Below the pieces are notes generated by a model that worked only from the letters and a program-made list of their open reading frames with translations, did not search any database and was not told where the DNA came from. From Carpediemonas membranifera BICM (lineage: Eukaryota > Protista > Fornicata), in NCBI GenBank assembly GCA_019828565.1, contig JAHDYR010000038.1, positions 1,310,265-1,374,264 of the forward strand: a stretch of DNA of 64,000 nt. The letters are read 5' to 3'. The translations under genes and the position numbers were made by a program. Positions 1 to 10,497 of the stretch are shown piece after piece; the stretch's first letter is position 1; each line of letters starts with the position of its first letter.

Positions 1-602
1 TGTTTGAGTGCATCACCGACCCATCCCACATGGTGCAGACGTCACCGCCCTCTAACAAAGCCTCGTATGACGAGGAGACTCTGGCTAAGAAGGAGGCTGC
101 CTGGCAGGATGCTGTGGGTGCTCTCCACGTCAAGTCGAGCAAGCTGGCCGTGAGCATGTGGCAGGAGACGAACGACGCCGTGCGGGCTGGCACGTATGCC
201 CTGGACGAGGTCGAGGAGGCCGTATTCATGCAGCAGTTTATCCCCAGGGTGCTGGACGACATCACGGACACGGGCCGCCAGAGGAGGGCGATGCTGGCCA
301 TGTTGCGGGCTGCAGACGACGGGGAGGACAGCGAAGGTGACGATGATGAGGAAAACGACGAGGACGATGGGTCATGTGACTCGGCTGAGTCGAGTGACTC
401 TGACGGGGCGGGGGGTCGGCACCGGGATGAGTCCGTGCCCGACGAGGAGGCGCGGTACAAGCGGAAGGACATGACCAAGGAGGAGTGGAAGGCGGCCAAG
501 AAGGCCATCAAGGAGGAGCGGGCCGAGAAGCGGAAGGACAAGGTCGCCAAGAAGGACAAGAAGAGGGCAAAGACGCTGAGCATGCGGAACAGAGGCAAGT
601 AG
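1..602 (+). CDS. RIO1: RIO1 atypical kinase, C-terminal part (5' end outside window)
   Basis: EEAVFMQQFIPRVLDDI motif, then an acidic tract and the Lys-rich tail KKAIKEERAEKRKDKVAKKDKKR, typical of RIOK1 C-termini. Confidence 0.75.
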   Translation, partial: FECITDPSHMVQTSPPSNKASYDEETLAKKEAAWQDAVGALHVKSSKLAVSMWQETNDAVRAGTYALDEVEEAVFMQQFIPRVLDDITDTGRQRRAMLAMLRAADDGEDSEGDDDEENDEDDGSCDSAESSDSDGAGGRHRDESVPDEEARYKRKDMTKEEWKAAKKAIKEERAEKRKDKVAKKDKKRAKTLSMRNRGK

Positions 603-1091
603 GGCCAGGGTGCCGATGTAAAGCGCGCGGATTATCAGTGTGATGTGCTCGGGATGTGACTGCTGCATGGCTCGCGGCAGGGGTCTTTTTTGGTTTACTA
701 TTGGTCTGAGAGCGTGGCGTGATATCAGCTCGAGAGATGGTGGTGGGTTTGGCTTTTGTATCATCCGGATCACGCTCAAACTGATGGGTTCATTTTTCCA
801 GCCACAAACTACCAGCAACCAATACAGCAGAGATATGGTCTCTTTCCCCTCTATTCTCCCGAAAAGGGGCACCATGCCCCCAGATCTTATTGCTTTCCCC
901 GAAATTGAGATGCCGCTCCCCGTTGCGGAGCTCCTTGGCGAGAGAACCCTCCCGCGTCCCTCCACGGGCTCTACTGGCAACGGTTAAACCCAATAGCTCC
1001 GTTAGCACTAAATGCAGAGAGAATGTTGCTTTCTCTCCTTGTGTGTCTGACATATCTTAGATTCAATGTTGTCGCCACAAATCCTGGGTAA

Positions 1092-1547
1092 TCAGGTGCT
1101 GTTGGCGCCCTTGCACGACCTGCTCTTGAACTTCTGCGCGTAGTAGCGATGCGGGTGCGCCGTGCCGTCTGCGCAGTAGTGGTGGCAGTGGCCGGCGACC
1201 TTGGTCACGCCGCTAGTGTACGGGAAGCACGCGAGCGACGGGCTTCCAAAGAACTCGAGATACTCGTATGCGCGCTTCGGGTAGCCCCCGTGGCACCCGA
1301 GCTGGCCCGCGAAGTCGCACGCGACGAGGTCCTGGGGCGAGAGCAGGCTCTTCTTGCCCGTCTTGATGCAGAAGCGGTCGCTCAGCGCGGTCGAGCTGCC
1401 GAACGCCCAGCAGCTGCCGCACTGGCCCTGGTTGAGGACGTAGTCGAGGCAGTGCGGCTCGAGCTCGCGCCAGTCAAGGGAGTCGCCGAGCTGCTCGGCG
1501 GGCAGGGCCTCCACGGCGCCCAGCAGCTCGATGCTCAGTCTACTCAT
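1092..1547 (-). pseudogene. Cathepsin B-like (papain C1A) protease fragment: N-terminal half of the mature domain only
   Basis: DWR..., NQGQCGSCWAF (catalytic Cys), SDRFCI, LSPQDLVAC, GCHGGYP. Stops before the GPV/His/Asn half; no signal peptide or propeptide; no splice donor at the break. Confidence 0.8.
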
Positions 1548-1586
1548 TCTCCAACGATTGGGGCCTTTCGATTGCTGATTCTGAGT

Positions 1587-1629
1587 TGTGCTATTGAAGG
1601 GCCCAACAATGTGTTTATACTGCGCAACA
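1587..1629 (+). repeat. 43-bp dispersed repeat, copy 1
   Basis: tgtgctattgaagggcccaacaatgtgtttatactgcgcaaca; 41/43 identical to the reverse complement of 8413-8455. Confidence 0.85.
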
Positions 1630-1673
1630 TGAGTCGGGCAGTTTTAGGTTCTTCACGCGCTGAATTTCCAAGA

Positions 1674-3790
1674 ATGGCTGATTGGGTTGACGAAGCCGAG
1701 AAGGTAGCTGAAGAACTAAAAATTCTAGCCAATGAGGCAATGAAGCGCGGTGATCTCACCGCAGCACTCGATGGATACACTGCGGCAATCAACGAGCGCT
1801 GCTACAACCCCGAGCTGAATTCCATGCTCTATTCCAACCGCGCACAGGTATATCTCCATCAGAAGAACTTTCAAAAGTGCGTTGACGACAGCCATCACGC
1901 CGTCTCACTGAACCCAGCCAATTTCAAAGGTATGCCTCCTCCACAACCACTAACACAGGCTGGCACCGCAAATCCCGCGGCCTCATCGAGCTTGGGGATA
2001 TGGACGCTGCAGTTAAGGTGATGCACGACGCGCAGCTCCACATCCCGGACCACAAACGGCAGGCCCTGTTCCTACACCAGCAGCAGCGGTACGCCGCCAC
2101 CACCACGGCTGGCAAGGCTCTCCTCAAGGCTATCGGGCTCATCTACGAGTGCAAAGACCTCGCCCCCCAATGTACTGAGCTGGTTGCCCGACTCACCTCC
2201 GTTGCCTCGCAGTACGCGGACTACAGCCTCATCCCAACCCCGCGGCCCGCGGCCCAGGCATGCCCTACTATAGAGGAGATCAAGCTCCTGTTGGCCTCTG
2301 CCGTGCCTCAGCTCCAGGACCTCTGTCCCGCCGTGGCGATGCAGGTTGTTGAGTTCATCAACGACATTCACGCGCCAATCCTGACACAGGCGACCGATGA
2401 GATCCAGCCGAGTGTGAGCATGGATATCCCCCTGAGCGAGGGCCAGAAGCTGCCTGAGCGTGTCTTCACGCTGCTCCAGGGCACGATTTGGGCGATCATG
2501 CTCGAGGCGGGTGCGGACCCCGACCTCTACACGCCCACCGCATCCCAGCGCCCAGAGACCCGCGCCGCCTACCCCCCGTATGCCAAACACCTCTGGTTCC
2601 TCTGCAAGAAGTTCTTCTTCGTCCACCAGGAGACTGACCGAGTCGGTGCAGTCGTGCCTGAGGACTCATACGCACTTTACCACGGCCACTTCTTCACCAC
2701 CACTAGAAGTGAGTACTCGGTCGCCACACCCAACCGAGAAGTCCGAGGGGCATATAGGCGAGTCCGGTGCCACCGGGTGACCCAGCTCCACGGCGACGGC
2801 CCCTCCTACCTCCTGGTCACGTCCCACGGCCTCTACGGTCTGGGCGATAACAGCCAGGGCCAGCTGGGACTTGGGTCATTGCGGAGCAGGATCATTGTCC
2901 CCTCACTGGTCTCATTCAGAGGGGTGCCAGCTCTCCAGCGTCTGGTCGATAGTCTCCCCGTGTTCAGAAAGCACGAGCCGTTCAGGAGAATATGGCGGAG
3001 TCATGAGATTAGCGCTATTGAGACTACTGTCGGCGTCGTGGCGGCCGGTAACAACACGTTTGGACAGCTCGGGGTGGACCACACCAAACCAGTCACCCGC
3101 TTCGCCAAGGTCCCACTACCCCCGGGTCTAAACATCGACACGGTCTTCCTCAACCCGTATAACGGGCTCATTCGGACGGCCGACTCCTCCTGGCTTGCCA
3201 CAGGGTCGAACCACAAGGGGCTGTGCGGGGTGGGTCGGGTCGGCGATCTGACACTATTCACGGAGGTCAGGGGGAAGTGGACGGATATCGTGCAGTTCCC
3301 GTGCTACTCAATCTTCGTTTCTGTCGAGCGGGGCGAGGTGGCCTTTGCAGGGTCGGCCGAGCTGCTTCCCCCGCCAAGCATCAGGTGCTTCCTGAGGCCG
3401 TGCCTGCCTGAGAACAAGACGTACTTCACCACGCCGACCCCGCTCCGGTTCCCGTGGCCGGTATCGGCCTTCTGCATCTCAGTTGATGCAATCTATGCGA
3501 GAAGAGCGGACAACGGAAAGTGGATGGGCCTCGGCCCCAACGAGGCTGGCGGCCTCGGGGTGGGCAGCGAGCAGCCCGAGGTCAGCTCATGGCTGCCGCT
3601 CCAGCTGGACTCATTCCTCGAGGTCGCAGTCATTCCCGGGCCCGCGCGACTGTTTATAGGCATGACCGGCATGCATATTGCGGGCAAGGTGGGTGGGTCG
3701 AGCATTTCTACACCCATGCTCGTGCCCCTGAACGATAGCTGGCGGCTGGCGGCTGGTGGTCTTGATATGGGCCACATCTGGGAGTTTTAG
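1674..3790 (+). CDS. TPR + RCC1/BLIP-II-like repeat protein (exons 1674-1929, 1959-3790)
   Basis: TPR (LYSNRAQVYLHQKNFQKCVDD) joined in frame by a 29-nt intron to an ORF with RCC1 repeats GDNSQGQLGLG and GNNTFGQLGV. Shares the LLQGTIWAI..AGADPDL and KHLWFLCKKFFF motifs with 43600-45258. Confidence 0.8.
1930..1958 (+). other. 29-nt spliceosomal intron
   Basis: GTATGC...ACTAACACAG; removal fuses the TPR and RCC1 ORFs in frame (NFK-G-WHRK). Confidence 0.85.
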
Positions 3791-3865
3791 ATAAAGCGCA
3801 GTATTTACTGGGACTAGGGTGAGGGTCACCCCAGCTTAATAACCGAATTTATGAGCCATGGCTTG

Positions 3866-4570
3866 TCACCTTTTCTTGTAAGTGCAGGCCTTGAGTTCGG
3901 GGAACTTTCCCAGTCGCCCCTTGCCGTCATAGCCCGCGAATTTCATCAAGACGAAGTAGTCGCGGTCGTCTAAGCTCGAGAGCTTGAAGCCACTGGCGAT
4001 CACTGCCTCGACGAAAGCATCTTTCGTCCTCCCAGCCATACGAGACGACACCTCGGCAATGATGAGACGCCCGCCCTTCCTGAGACACCGGCACGCTTCT
4101 TTGATGAACTGAGCATAGTTTGGCCCCATCAAGCTGAGAGAAAAGACGGCTACGTCGAGGACGCCCGTGTCGAGGGGGACGTTGGAGATGTCGCAGGGGG
4201 TTACTCGGTCGTTGATGGCAACCATGTCGAAGGAGTGAACTGTATGCTTGGCGGATAGGCGCTCGGCAAGAGCAGCGTCGCCGCATCCAAAGTCTCCAAT
4301 CACAAGGCCCTTCGAACTGCTCAATTCCTTGATGATCAGCTCTAGCGGGCGCACAGGCCACTTCTCAACCTGCGATCGATACCCTCTGTGGTATATATGG
4401 AGGAGCTCCTCGTCCTTGTCGACCATGGTCTTGATTTCATCGCTTTTCGTCGTGTAGAACATCTCGTTCAGCATACGAAAGCGTCCCTGGTCTAGTTTCT
4501 GTTTCATAGTTTGTTTTAACCCCTCGGGCTTCTTCTTCTGGACATTCCCAGCCCGCTTGACCTTTCCCAT
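3866..4570 (-). CDS. RRP8: rRNA methyltransferase RRP8/nucleomethylin
   Basis: RFRMLNEMFYT, YHRGYRSQVEKWP, IGDFGCGDA, DVAVFSLSLMG, IAEVSSR, C-terminal CTYKKR. Confidence 0.93.
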   Translation of the reverse strand: MGKVKRAGNVQKKKPEGLKQTMKQKLDQGRFRMLNEMFYTTKSDEIKTMVDKDEELLHIYHRGYRSQVEKWPVRPLELIIKELSSSKGLVIGDFGCGDAALAERLSAKHTVHSFDMVAINDRVTPCDISNVPLDTGVLDVAVFSLSLMGPNYAQFIKEACRCLRKGGRLIIAEVSSRMAGRTKDAFVEAVIASGFKLSSLDDRDYFVLMKFAGYDGKGRLGKFPELKACTYKKR

Positions 4571-4880
4571 CTAATCTCAATTGACGAGTTCAAAGAGAGA
4601 CGGGCGATTCGGGTGAGTCCTGACCACTATTCGCGAGCTTGTCGCGATCCCTGCCCATTCCTCGTCTTTTAATCTCTGTTCTGCCAGTACTCTGTCCAAA
4701 CGACCGCACTCAACCCAGGTGTCAAATCCCAAAATTCTCGAAATCATTCCAGGGCAACCCAGCAGGGAGCCCTTTCCACCGTTCCCCAGTCCCACATACG
4801 ATCTCTTACGCTTTGATCCGTTGCGTACCGGCGATGAACGAATTGACACGTGTCATCCAGAAAATCGTAGTACTGCAAAG

Positions 4881-6523
4881 ATGATCGAAACTTTGGCAAC
4901 TAAGGCATATTTGGACCAGGTATGTTTCCTCTGACCTGCTTTATTCAGAAGACTGGTACCTCCGGGCTCCGTAAGAAGACCTCTGTGTTCATGCAGGAAA
5001 ACTACATGGCCAACTGGATCGAAAGCCTCTTCAGCGCCATGAAGGAGAACGGTATTGGCTTTGACGGCACTCTTGTTGTTGGCGGTGATGGCCGCTACGG
5101 CAACGAGCTGGCCATCGATCTGATCATCAAGATCGGTGTCGCCCGCGGCTTCAAGCGCATCCTCGTCGGCCAGCACGGTCTCATGAGCACACCTGCCCTC
5201 TCCGCTGTTGTTCGCGACCAGAAGGCACTCGGCGGCATCATCCTGACCGCGTCTCACAACCCGGGCGGGAAGAACGGCGATATGGGCATGAAATTCAACC
5301 CCACAAACGGCGGCCCCGCTCCCGAGTCTTTTACTGACATCATCTACAAGCATACGACGCAGATCACCGAGATCTCCATGGAGACTTCCGCCAGAGTCGA
5401 CATCCACGTTCTCGGCACCACCACCATCGGATCAACCGTGGTGGAGGTAACAGACCCTACCGCCACCTACGCCGAGCTGATGCAGACCATCTTTGACTTC
5501 GACGCAATCCGCGCCCTTGCCAAAACTGCGGGCTTCAAGTTCTTCTTCGACGGCATGCACGGTGTCACCGGCCCCTACGCCCAGCGCATATTCGGTGAGA
5601 TCCTCGGCTTCCCGTCCTCCTTCCTGCTCCGCTGTGACCCCAAGCCCGACTTTGGCGGTCTCCATCCCGACCCCAACCTGACATACGCCAAGGACCTCGT
5701 AGAGCTCTGCTACGCTGACAACAAGGTCACCGTGGCTGCTGCTAGCGATGGCGATGGCGACAGGAACATGATTCTTGGCGACAACTTCTTCGTGACCCCA
5801 TCTGACTCGGTGGCAGTCATCGCCGACAAACACCAGGCCATTCCCTACTTCAAGAACGGTCTCAAGGGTGTGGCGCGGTCCATGCCAACTTCTGCTGCCC
5901 TCGACGTTGTGGCCAAGAAGTTGAACCTCGAGGTCAACTCCACTCCGACAGGCTGGAAGTTCTTCACCAACCTCATGGACGCCGACCGCTGCTCCATCTG
6001 CGGCGAGGAGTCCTTCGGCACTTCTTCTGACCACATCAGGGAGAAGGACGGCCTCTGGGCGGTGCTGGCCTGGCTCAACATCATCGCCGTAGCCCGCCAG
6101 ACCGACCCCACCGTCACAGTGCAGACTATCGTCGAGAGCTTCTGGCGTGAGAACGGCCGTAATGCGTACCAGCGCCTCGACTACGAGGCTCTCACCACCG
6201 AGCAGGGAAAGGCCGTCATGGACGCCGCCGCCGCTGCTGAGGGCGCCGTCGACTTCAGGTACGTCGACCCCGTTGATGGTTCCGTCGCCGAGCACCAAGG
6301 CATCATCGTCCCCTGCGACGGTGGGCGTTTCGTCGTGCGTACGAGCGGCACTGGGTCCTCTGGTGCAACCGTCCGCGTGTACATCGAGAAGGAAGTGGCC
6401 AAGGACGACGCTGACCTGCTCAAGCCCGCTAGCGAGCTGCTCGCGGGCATGGAGGCGACTGCGCTGGCTGCTACCAAGCTCGTCGAGCTGACCGGCCGGG
6501 CTGAACCCACCGTGCGGACTTAG
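4881..6523 (+). CDS. PGM1: Phosphoglucomutase (exons 4881-4919, 4949-6523)
   Basis: DQKTGTSGLRKK after removing the 29-nt intron 4920-4948 (GTATGT...TTCAG); TASHNPGG, DGDGDR, CGEESFG, IREKDGLWA. Confidence 0.95.
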
Positions 6524-6838
6524 GGTAAACATATCTTGGACCAAGCAGTACAGCATGGTGATTGTATAGCATCGGAGTGGCCAGACTGTCACGTGAGAGA
6601 ATCCCGCTGAGGAGATGAAGGCCGATGAGAAGGAGTGCGCCGTCCATATGGGTGGTGAACCCGACTCGGCATAATATAACAGTAACCAATCTGGCGGCTT
6701 GCTCGGCCGGGCTGAGGAGAGTGGAGAGGTGTGACTTGTACTAGGACCGTGAATTTACGAAAATCCCCAAGAGATGGACACGCTGGACAAGGGTCAAGGA
6801 AGATTATATAAGCTGAATGGACATAAAAACATAAATTA

Positions 6839-6866
6839 AAACATTGTTGGACCCTTCAACACAGCA
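6839..6866 (-). repeat. Degenerate copy of the 43-bp dispersed repeat
   Basis: Core acattgttggacccttcaa matches the other two copies with 1 mismatch over 19 nt. Confidence 0.55.
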
Positions 6867-6917
6867 TAGCACATCTAGAGCTGACATAAACTGCATATTG
6901 CTGAGAAGGCAAGGTCC

Positions 6918-8081
6918 ATGGAGAAGCAGTTTCTGGAGCAGATAGTGGCGCGGGGCGTTGACTTTGCGCGTGATTATGGCTCTGTGATGCTTCAGAGTGG
7001 CCCCGGCAAGCACACGCTCGAGGACAGCATGGAGATCTTCAGGCAGCTCACAGATAAGCTCCCCGCGACTTCTGTGATCTTCCATGGAGACCATGTTGCG
7101 CGTTGCTGTGTTGACGACCTCACCGCGATGCGCGCTAACTGCGAGGCGATCATCTACATCGGGGACACGTGCTTCGCTCCCTCGTCTCTCCCGCACCTTG
7201 TCCTGCCCTCGATCCCAGACGTTACTGACATGATGGCCGATGCCACGGCCATCGTGGAAGCGTGCCAGAGTGAGGGCTGGGGCAATGTTGTCCTCGTCGC
7301 AGAGTACTCCAACTGGTGCCTCCTGCCAGCCCTCGCAGACGCTCTAGTCGGCCTGGGCCTTGATGCATCGATCCAGCAAATGGAAGACCCGACCGGCGAG
7401 CTCAAGTCGATCCATGGCAGGTTCGTCCCGGCCGATGCGACCCCTGTCTACGTTGGCGCCGAGTCGGCCCTTGAAACCCACCTCAGAATGGACTCTAAGA
7501 TCATCCACTGCTCGTGTCCAGGCGTTTTTGTCGCAGGCGTGGTGCCCACGAGGCGTCGTTACGGAGTCATGAACTCACTGAAGCAGTGCACCTGCATCGG
7601 CCTCCTGCCCATCCTACATGCCCCGAGCGACCCGCTCAACCGCACACTCGACGCGCTTGAGCGCCACCTTGAGTCTCGCCGACTGCCCGCACGCGTATGC
7701 TACCTCGCGGACCCGACCCCGGACAAGATGACCAACTTCCCCGAAATCGACGGCTGGGTCGTTGCCACCGAGTGCCCAAACACCGCGGTCCCCCAGTGGC
7801 AGGCCAACGCCTTCTTCGACCGCTCCACCGTGCCCTACCCAGTCGCCACCGTGATGGAGCTCCTGGCATCGATCGACTCGGTCGACTGGTTCACCACGCG
7901 ATATCAGACCGACCTCCGCAACATGGCCAAGATTGTATCAGATCTGAGCGAATCTACTGAATCTGTTTCTTTGACTAAGCATGCAGTCAACCCAGTCACA
8001 TGGGTTCCGGCCACTGGCGGACCTGTCATGATCGAGGAGGGCATGAAGGGGCGGGCTGAGCGTTATCAGCATGAGGGTTGA
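6918..8081 (+). CDS. DPH2: Diphthamide biosynthesis protein 2-like
   Basis: CCVDDLTA...IYIGDTCF, PTPDKMTNFPEIDGWV..ECP, C-terminal IEEGMKGRAERYQHE characteristic of DPH2. Confidence 0.75.
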   Translation: MEKQFLEQIVARGVDFARDYGSVMLQSGPGKHTLEDSMEIFRQLTDKLPATSVIFHGDHVARCCVDDLTAMRANCEAIIYIGDTCFAPSSLPHLVLPSIPDVTDMMADATAIVEACQSEGWGNVVLVAEYSNWCLLPALADALVGLGLDASIQQMEDPTGELKSIHGRFVPADATPVYVGAESALETHLRMDSKIIHCSCPGVFVAGVVPTRRRYGVMNSLKQCTCIGLLPILHAPSDPLNRTLDALERHLESRRLPARVCYLADPTPDKMTNFPEIDGWVVATECPNTAVPQWQANAFFDRSTVPYPVATVMELLASIDSVDWFTTRYQTDLRNMAKIVSDLSESTESVSLTKHAVNPVTWVPATGGPVMIEEGMKGRAERYQHEG

Positions 8082-8412
8082 GTGACAAGAGGCGTATTTT
8101 ATGATAAATGGATGCGGATGAGAGTGAATCAGAGTGCAGCCAATTTTGCTTGAATGCTGATGCAAATCTGTGTCGAGAAAATAGGTCACTCCATTACGAC
8201 AACATGTCGGGGTGAGAATCGAGTGTTATGCATAGTGACGCATATAACGGTCGAACATGAAACTTCACCAGTCAAGTCCTGATGTTGAGTGAGCGATAAT
8301 GCTTTATGTCCACAAGTCCGATATCTTGGTGGGCCCAAGTGTTGGGAGACCCTGTGTGTCATTCGCTGCTTAGTTGTGTGCCTTGCACTTTTCCTCATAT
8401 TCTTCAGGGCAG

Positions 8413-8455
8413 TGTTGCGCAGTATAAACACATTGTTCGACCCTTCAATAGCACA
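8413..8455 (-). repeat. 43-bp dispersed repeat, copy 3
   Basis: Reverse complement is 41/43 identical to 1587-1629. Confidence 0.85.
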
Positions 8456-8567
8456 GTCCGTGTTGGACTAAACTGCAACCCACGGAAAAAGCACACACAC
8501 CGAGCATTGTCACCACGATACGACCACAACAAAACCGATAGCAGACTGCCTCTTTATAAAACAGAAT

Positions 8568-9746
8568 CTACCTCAGTAATGTCAGAAGGTTCCGGCCCTT
8601 GCGGTCGGCCATCCGGCAAGCTTTCACCCAAGCTGACCCCCAGCTTTCCGGCAAATCTGCAGTCATGTCAACTCCACTTACCGGACACCGCACACAAATT
8701 GGTCCCCGATTTGATTCGAACCCAAGCTCCGTCCTTTCCACAAGTGGCTCAGTTGTTACATCAATAACAGCCGTCTTCAACTCTCGCTTTGCCAAAAACT
8801 TAAAGAACCCAGCAAGCAAGGAATGGAGTCCATCTGTATTCGTGGAAATCCAGCAAACAGGCCTGGGCGATTGGTCCAACAGAGCCTTATCCTGCGGAAC
8901 CGGAAGCACGGTGACGTCTAGTCTCTGGAGGAAAGCGACGACCAGACAGTCGAGCACGACCTTACTCACCCCGCCCTCGCCAGTCAGCTTAGCTCTCTCC
9001 GCCCATTCTCTGACCAAAACGATGAGGTCTCTCGGCCTCGGGTCGGGTCCTGCAGTGAGACGTTCAATAAATGACGAGGTTGGGACTAGGGGGTCGACCG
9101 CCGCCGGGAGACGGAGGTAGATGTCGACAGAGACACCTATGCGGCTCTTTGCGTGGATTTTGTCCTTGGTAGTGGACTTGATGGTGAAACCCGAGACTGA
9201 TAGGGCATTCACGAAGGCAGCGCGGGTGGGCTCGCTGTTCTGGCCAGATGGTATGACGCAGCAAAGGTCCAAGTCATCCCCTGACCGCTGGATACCCGTA
9301 CTCACCGATCCGAACCGCGAGAGCCACATGCCTGGCCAGATAGTAGTCGCGCACCGCCTGGCATCCTGTTCAGCTGACATCCAGGCCGACCGCTCAATAT
9401 TGCTGGGGTTGAGGCTCTCCCTGAGCTCCAGGGCCTCCACGTCCAGGGGCGTGAAGGGGAGGAGGTGACTAAACGGGGCGTAGGGCGGTGGCGTGGCAGG
9501 GCCGATCGGGGCCAGGAAAGAGAGCGATGCTGCCTTACCCTTTGGCGCACGAATGGGTTTGGTTGAATCAGACTTGGTTTCATGCTTCTTTGGAGGAGGA
9601 AGGACGTTTTGTTCCTGTTCTACAATAATCGCTGCATTCTCGATCATACGCAACACTTCATTGCGTTTGGTACGCACAGGCTTAGTTTCAGGAGTTCTAT
9701 TCTTCTTGGAAGAGGGTTTCTTCCCAGTTGGTCGCTGCGAAGTCAT
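8568..9746 (-). CDS. Non-canonical poly(A)/terminal uridylyl transferase (Cid1/Trf4-like nucleotidyltransferase); start uncertain
   Basis: FGSVSTG...DDLDL nucleotidyltransferase motif, VDI, LVREWAERA, PAP-associated LHSLLAGFFKFLA and ICVRCP. Confidence 0.7.
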   Translation of the reverse strand: MTSQRPTGKKPSSKKNRTPETKPVRTKRNEVLRMIENAAIIVEQEQNVLPPPKKHETKSDSTKPIRAPKGKAASLSFLAPIGPATPPPYAPFSHLLPFTPLDVEALELRESLNPSNIERSAWMSAEQDARRCATTIWPGMWLSRFGSVSTGIQRSGDDLDLCCVIPSGQNSEPTRAAFVNALSVSGFTIKSTTKDKIHAKSRIGVSVDIYLRLPAAVDPLVPTSSFIERLTAGPDPRPRDLIVLVREWAERAKLTGEGGVSKVVLDCLVVAFLQRLDVTVLPVPQDKALLDQSPRPVCWISTNTDGLHSLLAGFFKFLAKRELKTAVIDVTTEPLVERTELGFESNRGPICVRCPVSGVDMTADLPESWGSAWVKACRMADRKGRNLLTLLR

Positions 9747-10067
9747 CAGATGCGCCTGCGAGAAACTAGCCTGCCTGTAAAATGCACAACGCGAGACCTG
9801 CCTCCAATATCGCGATGAGTTGCATGAAACAGACCCGGATAGCATTGTGGTTGACCGCCCCCAGAAGCCTAATATCTTGGACGGCCGACTTGAGCGTTCT
9901 AAATCGGCTGGACGCATTGACATCGACAAGTAAAATGGCACAGATGAACAAGCTTGCGATAGTGCGGCCAGTGGTAACCGAGCCTCCAAGGCGGTGACCC
10001 AGTTCAGACCATACCGCCAGACGCCGTCGCATATTTTTTCATGCACAGAACAAGCGACAACTAGGTT

Positions 10068-10382
10068 ATGGACAGTGGGAACATCGCTAAGCTGAACGAA
10101 GCAGAAATTCATGGTAAGAAGCGCATTGAGGCTGCCAAGAATGACCGCGCTGCTCTGATCCGCCAGGCGAACGAGGAAGCTCGTGCCGAGATCAAGAAAG
10201 CCGAGCTGGAGGCCGAGGAGAAGCACCAGGCCGAGGTTGCCAAGCTTGCCGAAGAGTCTCTCAAGGAACTGGAGGACCTCCAGTCTTCAGCGGAGGCTCG
10301 TTGTGCCGAGATCGATACCTTGACGAAGGATCGTGTTGACGTCGTTGCCAAGTCCCTCTACGAGCAGGTTCTCGACCTTTGA
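10068..10382 (+). CDS. V-type ATPase subunit G
   Basis: 104 aa helical protein IAKLNEAE...IEAAKNDRAALIRQANEEARAEI matching the VMA10/ATP6V1G pattern. Confidence 0.7.
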   Translation: MDSGNIAKLNEAEIHGKKRIEAAKNDRAALIRQANEEARAEIKKAELEAEEKHQAEVAKLAEESLKELEDLQSSAEARCAEIDTLTKDRVDVVAKSLYEQVLDL

Positions 10383-10497
10383 GAGCACCTTTTACACTTA
10401 AATCATGCAGCCCCGTCAGTTGAACACTAGTGTGTTGGTTTCTCTGCCAGACTCAGTGCCAGACTGAGCAGCCAACGAGTGCTTCAACCACCACCAC

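Noticed and set aside
1149-1673. N-terminal extension of the 290-aa + strand ORF
   Set aside because: Antisense of the cathepsin fragment plus intergenic DNA; the real TPR gene starts at ATG 1674
5432-6592. 386-aa minus ORF and similar long antisense ORFs over PheRS-beta, the ARM protein and the LINE RT
   Set aside because: Expected antisense shadows of high-GC3 coding sequence; no recognisable motifs
9747-10226. N-terminal 160 aa of the 552-aa minus ORF
   Set aside because: Non-ATG start, runs antisense to the V-ATPase G gene, and shows no domain similarity
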